Assembly (NCBI GenBank): GCA_020348445.1 | Contig: CP070751.1 | Coordinates: forward strand, 4,653,060 to 4,717,059 | DNA length: 64,000 nucleotides | Direction of reading: 5' to 3' | Origin: Thermoplasmata archaeon | GTDB taxonomy: Archaea; Thermoplasmatota; Thermoplasmata; GCA-020350865 | Shown here: piece by piece, positions 19,054-31,800 of the stretch | Numbering within the stretch: position 1 is the stretch's first letter | How the letters are laid out: each line of letters begins with the position of its first letter | Program-made: the position numbers and the translations under genes | Notes under the pieces: generated by a model | What the model was told of the DNA's origin: nothing | Database searches by the model: none | What the model saw: only the letters and a program-made list of their open reading frames with translations

Positions 19054-20136
19054 TTACCTTATCCAGGCTATCTCGTAATCGAAATCCTGTCCTATTGCAT
19101 CGTGGTCTGGATAAACGCTTGCCGCCATTTGGCTTGTTGGACTGAGAACATTGGGGGAGTGTACGCCTGTCATGATGACCATTAGGCGAAGTCTGTCGTT
19201 GAATTCATCTGCTGTCCTTGCGCCTAGTATTATGTTCGCCGAGGAGTCCAGTTCGTATGTTACGCTCTCTGCTACCTTGTTCACCGTTCTCAGTGCGAGT
19301 TTTGATCCACCTGTTATGTGTATCAGTGCGCCTGTTGCACCTGTGTAATCCACATCGAGCAACGGATTGTTCAATGCATCTATTACCACTTGTTCTGGCT
19401 CTTGATCCATGCCTTCTCCATAGAGCATCATTGCTGTCCCGCCTTCGCACATAATGGATTTCACATCCGCGAAATCCAGATTTATTAGCGATGGCTTTGT
19501 TATGGTCTCTGTAATGCCCTTTATGACCTCTGATATGAGTTGGTCCATCACCGAAAATGCCTGATCTATGGGTAGATTGGGAACGAATTCCAGTAGTCTG
19601 TTGTTGTCAAGTACTATTACGCTGTCCGCTCTCTTTCTGAATTTCTCAAGGCCGCTTCTTGCCTTGATTTGTCTTGCTCTTTCCACATCAAAAGGTGTGG
19701 TGGCTATGCCAACCACTATTGCACCCAAGCTCTTTGCTATCTCTGCCAGTATTGGTGCAGATCCAGTGCCCGTCCCACCCCCCATCCCAGCCGCGATGAA
19801 CACCAAATCCGCCTCGCCCAAAACCTCTTCAAGTACATCTTTTGCCTGATCTGCTGCATCCTCGCCTATCTCTGGGTGACCGCCTGCTCCTAGTCCCTTG
19901 GTGATATTCTTTCCTATGAGTATCTTCTTGTCTGCCTCTATGATATCCAAGTGTTGCTTGTCGGTGTTGACAGCAATTGTTTCTGCGCCATGAACCCCTA
20001 TGTTATGTAGTCTATTTATGCTGTTATTACCAGCTCCGCCGCATCCTATTACCAGGATTTTTGGGTCTCCGAACTCTTTATAGAGCGCCTCTCTCTCTGC
20101 TGCATATTTTGCTGCACTCGACACTATCGAGTCCAT
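19054..20136 (-). CDS. ftsZ: Cell division protein FtsZ (FtsZ2-type context)
   Basis: [35 protein letters not shown]. Confidence 0.97.
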   Translation of the reverse strand: MDSIVSSAAKYAAEREALYKEFGDPKILVIGCGGAGNNSINRLHNIGVHGAETIAVNTDKQHLDIIEADKKILIGKNITKGLGAGGHPEIGEDAADQAKDVLEEVLGEADLVFIAAGMGGGTGTGSAPILAEIAKSLGAIVVGIATTPFDVERARQIKARSGLEKFRKRADSVIVLDNNRLLEFVPNLPIDQAFSVMDQLISEVIKGITETITKPSLINLDFADVKSIMCEGGTAMMLYGEGMDQEPEQVVIDALNNPLLDVDYTGATGALIHITGGSKLALRTVNKVAESVTYELDSSANIILGARTADEFNDRLRLMVIMTGVHSPNVLSPTSQMAASVYPDHDAIGQDFDYEIAWIR

Positions 20137-20363
20137 GCTAACACCTCCGTTAGGCCTTTTAGGGGCGATAGGCCCCTCTCTTTACACATGACCTTTGGGC
20201 TAAGCGTAATACGCTGAACCCAGTGGCCCTTTTGCCGCTTACTCAAATCGCAAGCGGGTTTGAACAAAACAAGAGTATATTCTGTGTAAGTATTACATGT
20301 CAACTCCTGTTGTTAGTTCGCATCCCATCCCTTCTGACAACCCTTCTTATGAATTATCAAATA

Positions 20364-20711
20364 TCATAATTTTTCTTCGCTGAGGGTTCTTTCTATTCGA
20401 ACTCGTATGTATTCTCTGACTGCATGTCGGATCGCATCGTCAACTGATACGGAATCGCCATCTTCCACCAGTTGCTCCAGTCTAACACTGTCACCTTTGG
20501 GTAGTTCCACTGCGATCTTTGATATGTTCGTGGGCACGTCTTCTTCTTCGATGAATCGTTCAATGGCTTCTCTCACAACATCGGATTTGGATTTGAACTC
20601 TCCTTTTTCCACTAGTGCGTTGAGTTTATCGAGCTTATCCGCTGGTACTCTAACCGTTATCCTTTCGGTTTCTGAGCTGTCTTGGCGTCTCTTTTTCTCC
20701 TGTGCTGACAC
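20364..20711 (-). CDS. CdrS-like ribbon-helix-helix regulator with two tandem RHH domains
   Basis: ERITVRVP..KLDKLNALVEKGEFKSKSDVVREAI, then KIAVELP..SVRLEQLVEDGDSVSVDDAIRHAVREY. It lies directly upstream of ftsZ. Confidence 0.8.
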   Translation of the reverse strand: MSAQEKKRRQDSSETERITVRVPADKLDKLNALVEKGEFKSKSDVVREAIERFIEEEDVPTNISKIAVELPKGDSVRLEQLVEDGDSVSVDDAIRHAVREYIRVRIERTLSEEKL

Positions 20712-20754
20712 TGGACATCACTTTGAATTGCTGTTCGTAGATTGTCTTTGGGAA

Positions 20755-20787
20755 TCGTCAGACAACTTTTGGTGATTTGTCTGACAA
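20755..20787. promoter_or_regulatory. Paired palindromic operator TTGTC-N-GACAA over the start of the RHH gene transcript
   Basis: Perfect TTGTCTGACAA at 20777-20787 and TCGTCAGACAA at 20755-20765 (22 bp apart). Minus-strand TATA TTTATATA at 20816-20809. A third copy TTGTCTGACGT at 20919-20929. Confidence 0.6.
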
Positions 20788-21081
20788 AAGACTATATGTG
20801 TTAAGTGGTATATAAATCTTTCGTCTTCTGAGTGAAAAATATTATTTTTATGAATACTGGCTTTACTTTTATTATTACGGATTTTAAAGGTTTTTTGCAC
20901 TTCAATATTAATATCCAATTGTCTGACGTGACGTCTTATTCCCTTTATAGTATATATAACAACAGCGAAATGTTTATAAATGGGTATTTAAATCAAGTGC
21001 GAAAATGGGGGAGAAACGAAGATTTTAACATATCGAGGAAAAAGAACTTAAGGATAATCTGAACAAATCGGAGGAATAATA

Positions 21082-21630
21082 ATGGCTGAGATAAAAATCG
21101 AAAATGTAGTGGCATCAACCTCTCTCGGAGAGGAGCTGAATTTACAGGCAATTGCCTTGGCATTGGATGGCGCTGAGTACGAGCCTGAGCAATTTCCAGG
21201 ATTAATTTACCGTCTTAAAGAACCCAAGACCGCAACACTGCTCTTTCGGAGTGGAAAGGTTGTATGCACAGGTGCAAAGAGCTTGGATCATGTTCGAATA
21301 GCAATTGATACCGTCATCAAACAGATAGGCAAGGCCGGTATTTCAGTTACAAGGGATCCCAAAATAGAGGTCCAGAACATTGTGGCATCATCGGATTTAG
21401 GATGCGAGATAAATTTGAATGCCATTGCAATCAGTCTGGGTCTCGAGAGGGTAGAGTACGAGCCCGAGCAATTCCCGGGATTGGTTTACCGTATTTCAGA
21501 TCCTAAGGTCGTGGTGTTGCTTTTCGGCTCAGGTAAACTCGTTTGCACAGGTGCAAGACGTCCCGAAGATGTTGAGGCAGCAGTGGACAAGATCACGGAT
21601 GAGCTGAGAGCAGCTGGTCTTTTGCACTAA
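21082..21630 (+). CDS. tbp: TATA-box-binding protein
   Basis: Two repeats of NVVAS/NIVAS and YEPEQFPGL, plus SGKVVCTGAK. Confidence 0.98.
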   Translation: MAEIKIENVVASTSLGEELNLQAIALALDGAEYEPEQFPGLIYRLKEPKTATLLFRSGKVVCTGAKSLDHVRIAIDTVIKQIGKAGISVTRDPKIEVQNIVASSDLGCEINLNAIAISLGLERVEYEPEQFPGLVYRISDPKVVVLLFGSGKLVCTGARRPEDVEAAVDKITDELRAAGLLH

Positions 21631-21803
21631 ATCTTTTTACCTTTCTTATATTATTTTGATTCTTTCAAATTTGACCTCCACCATAAGGTCATTAAAAATA
21701 TGACCCTCTAACCTATCTTTAAAGGATGTAACATAATGGGGTGGAGGAAGGGGGTGGAGGGTGGGAATAGATATGAATTTAGAAGAGAAATGAGAGGAGG
21801 ACC

Positions 21804-22646
21804 ATGTCCATCATACCTATACTGGATAACCATATCCATCTACAGCCCTCAGGGAGAAATGTAGAGGCTGTTTTGGATTTTCAGAAGGCAGGTGGGACTC
21901 ACCTTATCGTCTCGCATCTCCCGCATAAAGGATTTAAAGTAACCATGCCAGAGCATTTCAAAGCACAATTTGATATCACATTGGATTTGGCAAAGTCGGC
22001 AAGAAAAAATTCAGATGTTAAAATATTTGTTACACTTGGACCCTATCCTGTGCAGTTGATCAGACTATCTGAACATATGCCCCTCGGCTTGGCAGTGGAT
22101 GTAATGAAGGCAGCTATGGATATAGCAGGGGATTATGTTAAAGAAGGTAAGGCAATTGCTTTAGGGGAGATAGGAAGGCCGCATTTTCCTGTTTCAGACG
22201 AGATTATGGAAGCATCCAATGAGATCATGAAATACGGGATGCAGATTGCAAAGGACATTGGATGTGCAGTTGTTCTTCATACCGAGAGTGGAACTCCAAA
22301 TGTCTGCAGGGATCTGGCCAAAATTGCAGATGGTGTTGGCTTCCCAAAAGAGAGATTGGTCAAGCACTACAGCCCACCAATAATAAGGCCCGAGGAAAAT
22401 TCCGGGCTCTTTCCATCAGTTTTGGCATCTAAGAAGAATATTGATGCTGCTGTACCCAAGGGTCTTCGATTTATGATGGAAACAGATTATTTGGACGATG
22501 CCAGAAGACCGGGGGCTGTTTTGGGAATAAAGACCGTACCAAAGCGGACAAAGGCATTATTAGAATCTGGTATGCTCAAAGAAGAGGACGTATTTGTTAT
22601 TCATAAAGATAATCCCGAGAAAATTTACGGGATAGAAATCCAATGA
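21804..22646 (+). CDS. TatD-family metal-dependent hydrolase
   Basis: DNHIH, GEIGRPHF, LHTES, KHY, METDYLDD..RPGAVLG. Confidence 0.85.
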   Translation: MSIIPILDNHIHLQPSGRNVEAVLDFQKAGGTHLIVSHLPHKGFKVTMPEHFKAQFDITLDLAKSARKNSDVKIFVTLGPYPVQLIRLSEHMPLGLAVDVMKAAMDIAGDYVKEGKAIALGEIGRPHFPVSDEIMEASNEIMKYGMQIAKDIGCAVVLHTESGTPNVCRDLAKIADGVGFPKERLVKHYSPPIIRPEENSGLFPSVLASKKNIDAAVPKGLRFMMETDYLDDARRPGAVLGIKTVPKRTKALLESGMLKEEDVFVIHKDNPEKIYGIEIQ

Positions 22647-22826
22647 AATGTTCAGTCCATATTTTTTTCAAAACTAGTAATCATACCTGATTTTCTGGTC
22701 AAAACCATTTAATTAATATTTGTATCTATTATAATTTTACTAATTGATATAAACTGTACAAATATAAGATAGATTTCAGAGATAATTGCTAAAGGAATCA
22801 ACTTGAACGAGGATAGCAAATAGGGG

Positions 22827-25800
22827 ATGGAACAGGAACAGGATTTAACATCAATAGTTAGAGGCCATCAGATGTACATCAAATATTGCTGCAAGTCATA
22901 TTCAATTGTTATAACTGCTATGTTAATTCTATCTTCTTTTTTTTCGATATTCTTTATGAATGGATTAAATACTGTTTCAGGTGATGCAGCCGACACCATC
23001 GCCTCTGTCTCAGGCTCGAATATCAATGATAATTTCGGCTGGAATGTCTCAGATTGCGGGGACGTAAACGGTGATGGATTCGAGGATGTTATAGTCGGTG
23101 CTCCAAGTTATAACAGCAATCAAGGAAGGGCCTATATCATCTTTGGAGGTCCTAGCTTCGAAGGAGATCTAGCAGCTGATTCCGCTGATGTTATTCTCGA
23201 GGGGAGTTGGGCAAATGCCCTGTTTGGATGGGATGTATCTGGAGCAGGGGATTTCAATGGAGATGGAATCAACGAAACAATAGTTGGAGCTCCAGGAAAT
23301 AATAGCAATACGGGAGCTGCTTATATCTTCTACGGTAGCAGTTTTTTAAGTGGAACAATAAGTGCAACCAATGCCAATGTTACAATTGATGGGGAGAATA
23401 GTGGTGATTATTTCGGAAGCTCTGTCTCGGATCTTGGTGATGTAAGCAAGGAAAACCCTGTTGATCATGTTGTGATAAGCGAGGTTTATGCTAATGGAGT
23501 TGATGAGACCTCACCTGATATCGGTGAGTTTATGGAACTTTATAATCCTACATCAGCTCCTATTCCACTTGATAATTGGGTAATCGAGGATAACGATGGT
23601 CACAGTTTTACACTCTTTGGGACCATTCCAGCCAATGGATTCTTCTTGATTGCAGTGGATAACTATCTTGGATCAACAGATCCTACTGAGGCTTCATGGC
23701 CACCACCTGATTTTGATTGTGGTTACACGGCAGGCTCGGTCTTTGCCAATTCCGGAGATGAAATAAGAATAAAGGATGATACAGGTGCGGTCATCGACAC
23801 CTTCGGATACAGTGTTAATGCAGAATGGTACGAAGGAACCTACCATCCTGCTTTACCCAATCCATGGGAGAGTTACGAGAGAAAACTTGGAGAGACATCA
23901 CCAACTGGTGGAAATGCGATAGACACCGATAACAATGGAAACGATTTTGCAGTAAGATCTGCAGCCGAACCACAAAACACAGCATCTGCAATTGAGATTC
24001 CCCCCAATCAAAGCATATACGATGATGTGATTATAGGGGCCCACGGTTGGGGAAATGACAAGGGAAGGGCCTATGTATTCTATGGAAGTAGTGGGAATCC
24101 CGTAGATGCCAGCAGTGCAGATGTCATTTTAACAGGAGAATCTGATAACGATCTATTTGGATTTACGGTTTCAGGGGCAGGTGATGTAAATTCTGATGGA
24201 TTTGACGATATTCTAGTGGGTGCACCAGGATATAACAACAACCGAGGCAGAAGCTACATATATCACGGTGCCCAGAATATGTCGAGCTGGACCCAGGATA
24301 TGATAATGGCACATTGGGATGAGAGCACCGGTGCAGTTTTTGATATTGCCAATGTGTATGCAATATATGAAAAAAGATGGCTTGCCCAATCTTTCACTCC
24401 TGATCAAGATTACCTTTTAACAAAGGTCTGGTTATACCTGGATAATATTGGAGATACCACAATATCCATTTCTTTAGAAGGAGATAACAACGGTCCAGAT
24501 GGGGTAATCCTTGCCCTAGCAAATCCCAAACCTAACATTCCCCCAGGTCCAAATCCTCTTACCTGGATGGAATTCGAGTTCACAAATCCATTCCAGGCCA
24601 CTGCAGGCACCATGTATTGGATAACTGCCCGGGCCACTGGAAAGAATACAAATAACTGCTGGGGATGGCTTCAGGATTTGGATTCCAATCCCAATTATTC
24701 AGGTGGTTATTCGGCTTTCTTGATCAATCCCCCTGGAACCTGGACCGAGGAGCCTGATTATGATTACTGGTTCAAGGTTATGGGTAAATTGCCTGGTGAA
24801 CTCACAGCCGATGTAACTCTTACAGGAGAAATTCAAGGAGACCGATTCGGTTGGTCAGTTTCAGATGCGGGTGATATCGGTGGGGATGGATTTGATGATG
24901 TGATTTTAGGTGCACCGGAAACTGCAAATGGAAATGCATATTTGATAAATGGAAGTACCATCATGAAAGATGTCACAGTTGCAGGAATAGATTGGGGAGA
25001 TGAAAAACAACGTGCAAATTGGGAAACTGGAGGAGATATGGAGGCTGCAGTTTACTCCGGTCAATTTGTTGCTCAGTCCTTCATCGCGCAGGAAACTTAC
25101 CTCCAAACTAATGTGAGCCTTTTGATCAAAGCTTTTGGGACCTCGGGAACTTTAACTGTTATGCTCATGGGAAGCTCAGGATCTTCACCAGATACGGTAC
25201 CAGATGGCACTGTTTTAGCCCAGGCACCTTCAATCAGCACTGGAAATGTTTCCTATGAATGGGCTGTATTTGAATGGATGGTACCATATATCTGCACAGC
25301 AGGCACAGAATATTTCATTGTAGGCGAAGGAACAGGAGCCGATACTTCAAACTGTTGGGGATGGTTTGGACAGCGAGGAGGAAATTATCCCGATGGAGAT
25401 TCAGCATACGACCAGGGTGGTGGTTGGACAGCATACGATGCTGATTTCTATTTCAGGGAGTTCGGAAAATCAGAAACCGCTCTTCCGAACATCACATTTT
25501 CAGGTGAATCACCAGGTGACAAGTTCGGATACTCTGTCTCCGATGCCGGGAATTTCAATGGAGATGCCTATGACGATGTAGTAGTGGGTGCTCCCGAAAA
25601 TGGAAACGGAAAGGTGTATCTTTTCAATTGCTCAAATGTTCTCCCTATTACAATTCAAGCAATCAATGCAAATTATTCTGCGTTGGGAGAAAACCTGCAG
25701 GATCGATTTGGATGGTCAGTGTCTAGAGCTGGGGATATCAACCAGTCCATGGGTTATGATGAAGTAATTGTAGGAACCCCATATCAGGATCCCAGTGGAA

Positions 25801-28800
25801 TCAGCGATGCAGGCAAGGCATATATTCTCTCAATGCCTGTCGGTGCCCCTATTCCACCTGTAGTGGATCTTCCCTTTAGGATAAACAACGACGCCGAGTT
25901 TGCTGCTATAGCGGCAGCTGAGGGTTGGGTTGGGGATGGAAGTGCTGGTAATCCGTATATTATCGAGAATTACGACATTGATGGGGGAGGTTACGGTTAT
26001 TGTATATATATAGGAAATACCACGGTGAGCTTCGTAATTAGGGACTGCAATTTGTATAATTCAAGCGGCAATCCTGGGATATATAATTGGGATTCGGGAA
26101 TTGCACTTTATAATTCTATGAATGGAACGTTGAAAGGCAATACCTTTGAGAATTGCACAGGCAATGCACTACATATTGTGGGAAGTACAAATATCAGTAT
26201 TTCCCAGAATGATTTCTTAAACAGCACGGGAAGCGGAATATATCTTGAATCGTCTGTAGGCAATAATATAGATGATAATACCTTTGATAACAACAACTAT
26301 GGATTGGAGATGAACTCAAACAGCGACTCCAATATAATCACTAACAACTCATTTACCAACAATTCGGAAGCAATGGATTTATGGTCATGTGATGGCAACA
26401 TCATATCAGGCAATTACGGGGATAACAACGGCATGTTCGCTTATCTTTTTAGTTGGTGTAATGGTAATGAGTTTCTAAATAACACCATTGTCAATTCCAA
26501 TACAGGAATTTACCTGCAAAGCAATTGCAATGGCAATACAATACAGAATAATACTATTTCAGATATTAACCAGGAAGGAATAATAATTGAAAGCTCGAGT
26601 TCTAATGTTTTAGAGGGCAATGATGTCCAAAGATGTGATACTGGACTTTATACAATTTTAGCCTCCCTCAACATCATATCCAATAACACATTCTCAAACA
26701 ATACAGATTATGGAATATACCTTGATCCAAGTTCTGACCAGAACACAATTTCCAACAACACAATCGCTTACAATGGAATCTATGGGATTCTCTTGATCAG
26801 CGCAGATCTCAATGTTATCATATACAATGACATTTTCAACAACTCTGAATATGGGATAGATGCGGAGGGCACAACAAATGATAATCAAATTCATCACAAC
26901 ATTTTTTCCGATAATAACGGAGGGGATGTGCAGGCCTTTGACGATGGAACCGACAATAGGTGGAATGATACCTCTGGTGAGGGAAATCTGTGGGGAGATT
27001 ACGAGGATAGATACGTCCCCCCAGCATCTAGTAACGGGATCGTATGGGATATCCCCTATGACATAAATGGTTCGGCAGGTGCTCAAGATCTATTTCCATT
27101 GGCCCTTTATCCATGGTATCAGGATCTTAGAATCGACAACGACACCGATTTTGCAGATACTGCGGCATTTTTCGGTTGGATTGGAGATGGAAGTAGTTCA
27201 AACCCATATATCATAGAAGGTCTCACAATTGACGCTGGAGGTTTAGGATACGGTATATATATCGGGAACACCACAGCCAATTTCATAATCCGCAACTGTT
27301 CTATCGAGAACTCAAATGGTAATTCAAATCAGTTCTTCCGGAATTCTGGAATTTATCTTTTCAATGTCACAAATGGTATCTTAGATAATAATGAGATTAA
27401 AGCCTGTGACGGAAATGGAATCAATATCGAATATTCAAAAGATATTGTTGTGACCAATAATACATGCAGGTACAACAACTGGAGCGGGATCTACACAGGG
27501 TATTACAGCAATATCACAATCTCGAACAATACATGCAATTTCAATAACTGGAGCGGAGTGTACCTCTGGTCCACAAACGATAGTTTTGTTATAAACAATA
27601 CCTGTTTGAACAACTCGGATGGCATAACCTTGGAATACTCCGATAATAATCTCATTGCAGATAACGTCCTAAATAACAATTCTTGGGAGGGGATATATGC
27701 GGATAATTCCCACCTAAACACCATAACTGACAACACATGTCTGAGAAATTATGATGGATTATATCTTTACTATTCTGATAACAACACTGTTTCGGGAAAT
27801 CAGTTCTCAAATAATACCCAGGGAGGATTTGGAGGAACAGGGATATTCTTGGACCATGGAGATTACAATGATATTCTCAACAACACTTGTTCTGGAAATA
27901 AAGAGGATGGGATATACATATTCTACTCAGATTTCAGTTTTGTTGATAACAATACATGCCAGGACAACCCCAATGACGGAATTTCAGTTTATAAGTCAAT
28001 TAACTGCACAATTTCCAACAACACAGTAACAGGAAATCAATTTGGTATCTTATTGGAAAACAGGTGCTTTGACATCATAATCGAGAATAACAACATTTCC
28101 TACAATCTTGATGACGGGATCTATTTCCTCATCCTGTGTATCAATAACACCATCAGAAATAATACCATAGAAGGCAATGGTGACGATGGGATTTATATGA
28201 ACGATAGAAATAGAGCCAACCTTATTGATAACAACACAATCTCCAAAAACGGAGGAAATGGAATCAACCTAACTGATGATTCAGATGAATTTATCATCAT
28301 ATACAATATAATCGCAAATAACACAGAATATGGATTACAGATTTTAGATAACGATTGCGAAAATAGTCTTATACATCACAATGGTTTTTACTTCAATAAC
28401 GGAAGCGGTGTTCAGGCCTACGATAATGGCTCAAATACCTGGGACGATGGATACCCCTCAGGTGGTAATTTCTGGACAGACTACATTGGTGTTGATTTTA
28501 ACAGCACACCAACACAGGATGTTCCGCCACCTGATGGATTCGGGGATACACCTTATGATATAGACGGCCCCAAAGGAGCAAAGGACAGGTATCCCCTGAT
28601 AACGTTCCCATGGTCCCCCCCACCTCCTGTTGGTCTACCTGAGATATCAAATGTTACGGCACTTCCTGATCCTCAAGAGACTGGAGGGTTTGTGAACATC
28701 ACCTGCAATGTGACAGATTCAGATGGAGTTTCTGAGGTTTGGGTGAATGTAACTTTACCCTCAGGCGGATTTATCAATTCCTCTTTGAATAAAGGAACAG

Positions 28801-31800
28801 GGGACTTTTGGTTCCTAAACTCACCATATTCAATTTTGGGTGTTCACGATTTTGTCATATGGGCAAAAGATGTGGCTGGGATTTGGAACGGCTCTATAGA
28901 ATATACCTTCACGATCCAGGACACAACACCACCAATGATTTTCAATGTTCTGAACCTACCTGATCCTCAGGAAGTGGGAGGCTCTGTAAATATTACCTGC
29001 GATGTTACAGATAATGTGGGTGTTATGGGAGTATGGGTAAATATTTCTCTACCTGATGGTGGATTTACAAATACCTCGATGATAAAGGATACAGGAAATC
29101 AGTGGTTCTATGAAGCTGTTTATATGCAGGTTGGTGGGTATTCCTTCACTATTTGGGCCAATGACTCTTCCGGAAACTGGGGTATTTCAATAAACAACAA
29201 TTTCCAAATTCTGGATACCACCTCACCCGTTATTTCCAATGTTTTAGATATTCCAGATCCGCAACTTACTGGAGGTTCCGTAAATATAACTTGCGATGTT
29301 ACCGATAATTTCGCGCTCTATGAAGTTTGGGTGAATATTTCTTTACCTGCTGGAGGATATATCAATTCCTCAATGATAAAAGGACCTGTTGATCAATGGT
29401 TCCTGGATTCAATCTATATCCCATTGGGTATTTACAACTACGTGATCTGGGCAAATGATACCGAGAATAACTGGGCCTCTTCTTCTGGACATACGTTTAC
29501 AATATTCGATGGAAATTCACCAGTTATATCAGATGTTCTTGACATTCCAGATCCCCAGGAGATAGGCGGCCTTGTCAATATTACATGCAATGTCACCGAT
29601 GATGTTGGTGTTTTGGAGGTTTGGGTGAACATCACATTGCCAAGCGGAGGTTACAGTAATGTCTCCATGAACAAAGGAGCAAGCGATGAATGGTTCCTAG
29701 AGTCGCCATATATAGCTTTAGGCGCTTATGACTATGTGATATGGGCAGGTGACACAAGCTCCAATTGGGTTAGTTCCACAGGTCACAGTTTTACAATCCA
29801 GGATACAACCTTACCTGTTATCTCAAATGTTATAGATACTCCAGATCCCCAAGAAGTAGGCGGTGCTGTCAACATAACGTGTGATGTCATGGATAATGTC
29901 GAGATATTTGGGGTCTGGGTGAACATAACCTCCCCAGGTGGAGGATTTGTAAACCTTTCAATGACAAAGGGAGTAGGTGATGGATGGTTCCACGACTCCA
30001 TATATCCAGTTCTTGGCTTACATGATTATGTCATCTGGGCAAAAGATTCATCAGATAACTGGGCTAGCTCATCTGGTTATAGCTTCCTAATTCAGGATAC
30101 AACTTTACCTTCCATTTCCAATGTGATGGATGTTCCTGATCCCCAGGAGGTTGATGGCAATGTCAATATTTCTTGTGAAGTTACAGATAATGTAGAAGTA
30201 AGTGGGGTTTGGGTAAACATCATGCTGCCAGGAGGAGGAACTGTAAATATATCCATGACAAAAGGACCTGGGGATACCTGGTTTTATGATATCCCTTACA
30301 CCTCCTTGGGCACCCATGATTATGTAATCTGGGCTAACGACACATCAGGAAACTGGATCTTTTCATCAGGTCACAGCTTCTTAATACAGGATACAATCCC
30401 GCCAGTGATATCCAATGTCTTGGATGATCCTGATCCTCAGGAGATACTAAATCGGGTAAACATCACATGTGAGGTGACAGATAATGTTCAGGTTTATGAT
30501 GTCTGGGTGAACATCACTTCACCTGGAGGAGGATCCATAAATATATCCATGACAAAAGGTCCAGGGGATACTTGGTTCTATGATGCCCCTTATGTCCTTT
30601 TGGGCATCCATTATTATGTAATATGGGCAAATGATACATCTGGAAATTGGATTGGCTCATCCGGTCACATTATCTTGGTTCATGATACCACCTTGCCAGT
30701 AATTTCCAATGTAGTAGCTACACCTGATCCACAAGATGTCGGCGAGAGGGTTAATATCACATGTGAAGTAACTGACAATGTGGAATTATTCAATGTCTGG
30801 ATTTACATCAATCTCCCGGGAGGGGGATTTGTAAATGTCTCCATGACCACGGGAGCAGGCGATATTTGGTACAACGATACAATACGCAACTTGGTAGGCA
30901 TCCATGACTATTTAATATGGGCCAATGACACCCAGGGAAACTGGAACTTCTCATCTGGGCATGGTTTTACAATCCAACAACTTGCTCCGTACGATATCAT
31001 TCTAATTTCTGGAGACGGGCAGAGCGGGACTGTGGGTACACAATTGGGAGCTCCTTTTATAGTTGAAGTTCGTGATAAATTTGGAAATCCTGTTCCAAAT
31101 GCCGATGTTTGGTTCAATATCACCCTTGGAGGAGGATCAATTGATATTTCAAGTCCTATATCAACGGATAATAACGGAAGAGGACAAGTAAACCTTACAT
31201 TAGGCACCACTTCTGGAACCAACACCGTTACTGCTGAAATAGCTGGCTTGGGAATCAATCAGGTTGTTTTCAGTGCTTTTGGAGATCCGGATATACCTGA
31301 TAGCATCGTCATCATCTCAGGAGATGGACAAATCGGCACAGTTGGTACTCAACTTGCTTTTCCATTGGTCATCGAAGTGCATGATCAGTATGGAAATCCA
31401 GTCCCAGGTACGAATGTCTGGTTCAATGCAACAGCTGGTTTTGGAATCTTAAGCACAGGTAATCCTGTATTGACCAATGGCAATGGAAGGGCGCAAACGC
31501 AACTCACGCTAGGAACATTTACAGGCTTAAATGCTGTTACCGCCGAAATCGTAGGTAATGGTATAACACAGGTTATATTCATTGAAACTGGAATTCCTGG
31601 TGCACCTCATGACATCGTGATAATCTCAGGCAACGGACAAATTGGCACAGTGGGCACTCGTTTAGCCCAGCCATTTGTGGTTGAGGTTACAGATATATTT
31701 GGTAATCCTGTTCCCAATGCCCCAACTTGGTTCAATATAACAAACGGAGACGGATCTCTTGACTCTGTCAGTCCCATAATCACAGATGCAAATGGTAGGG

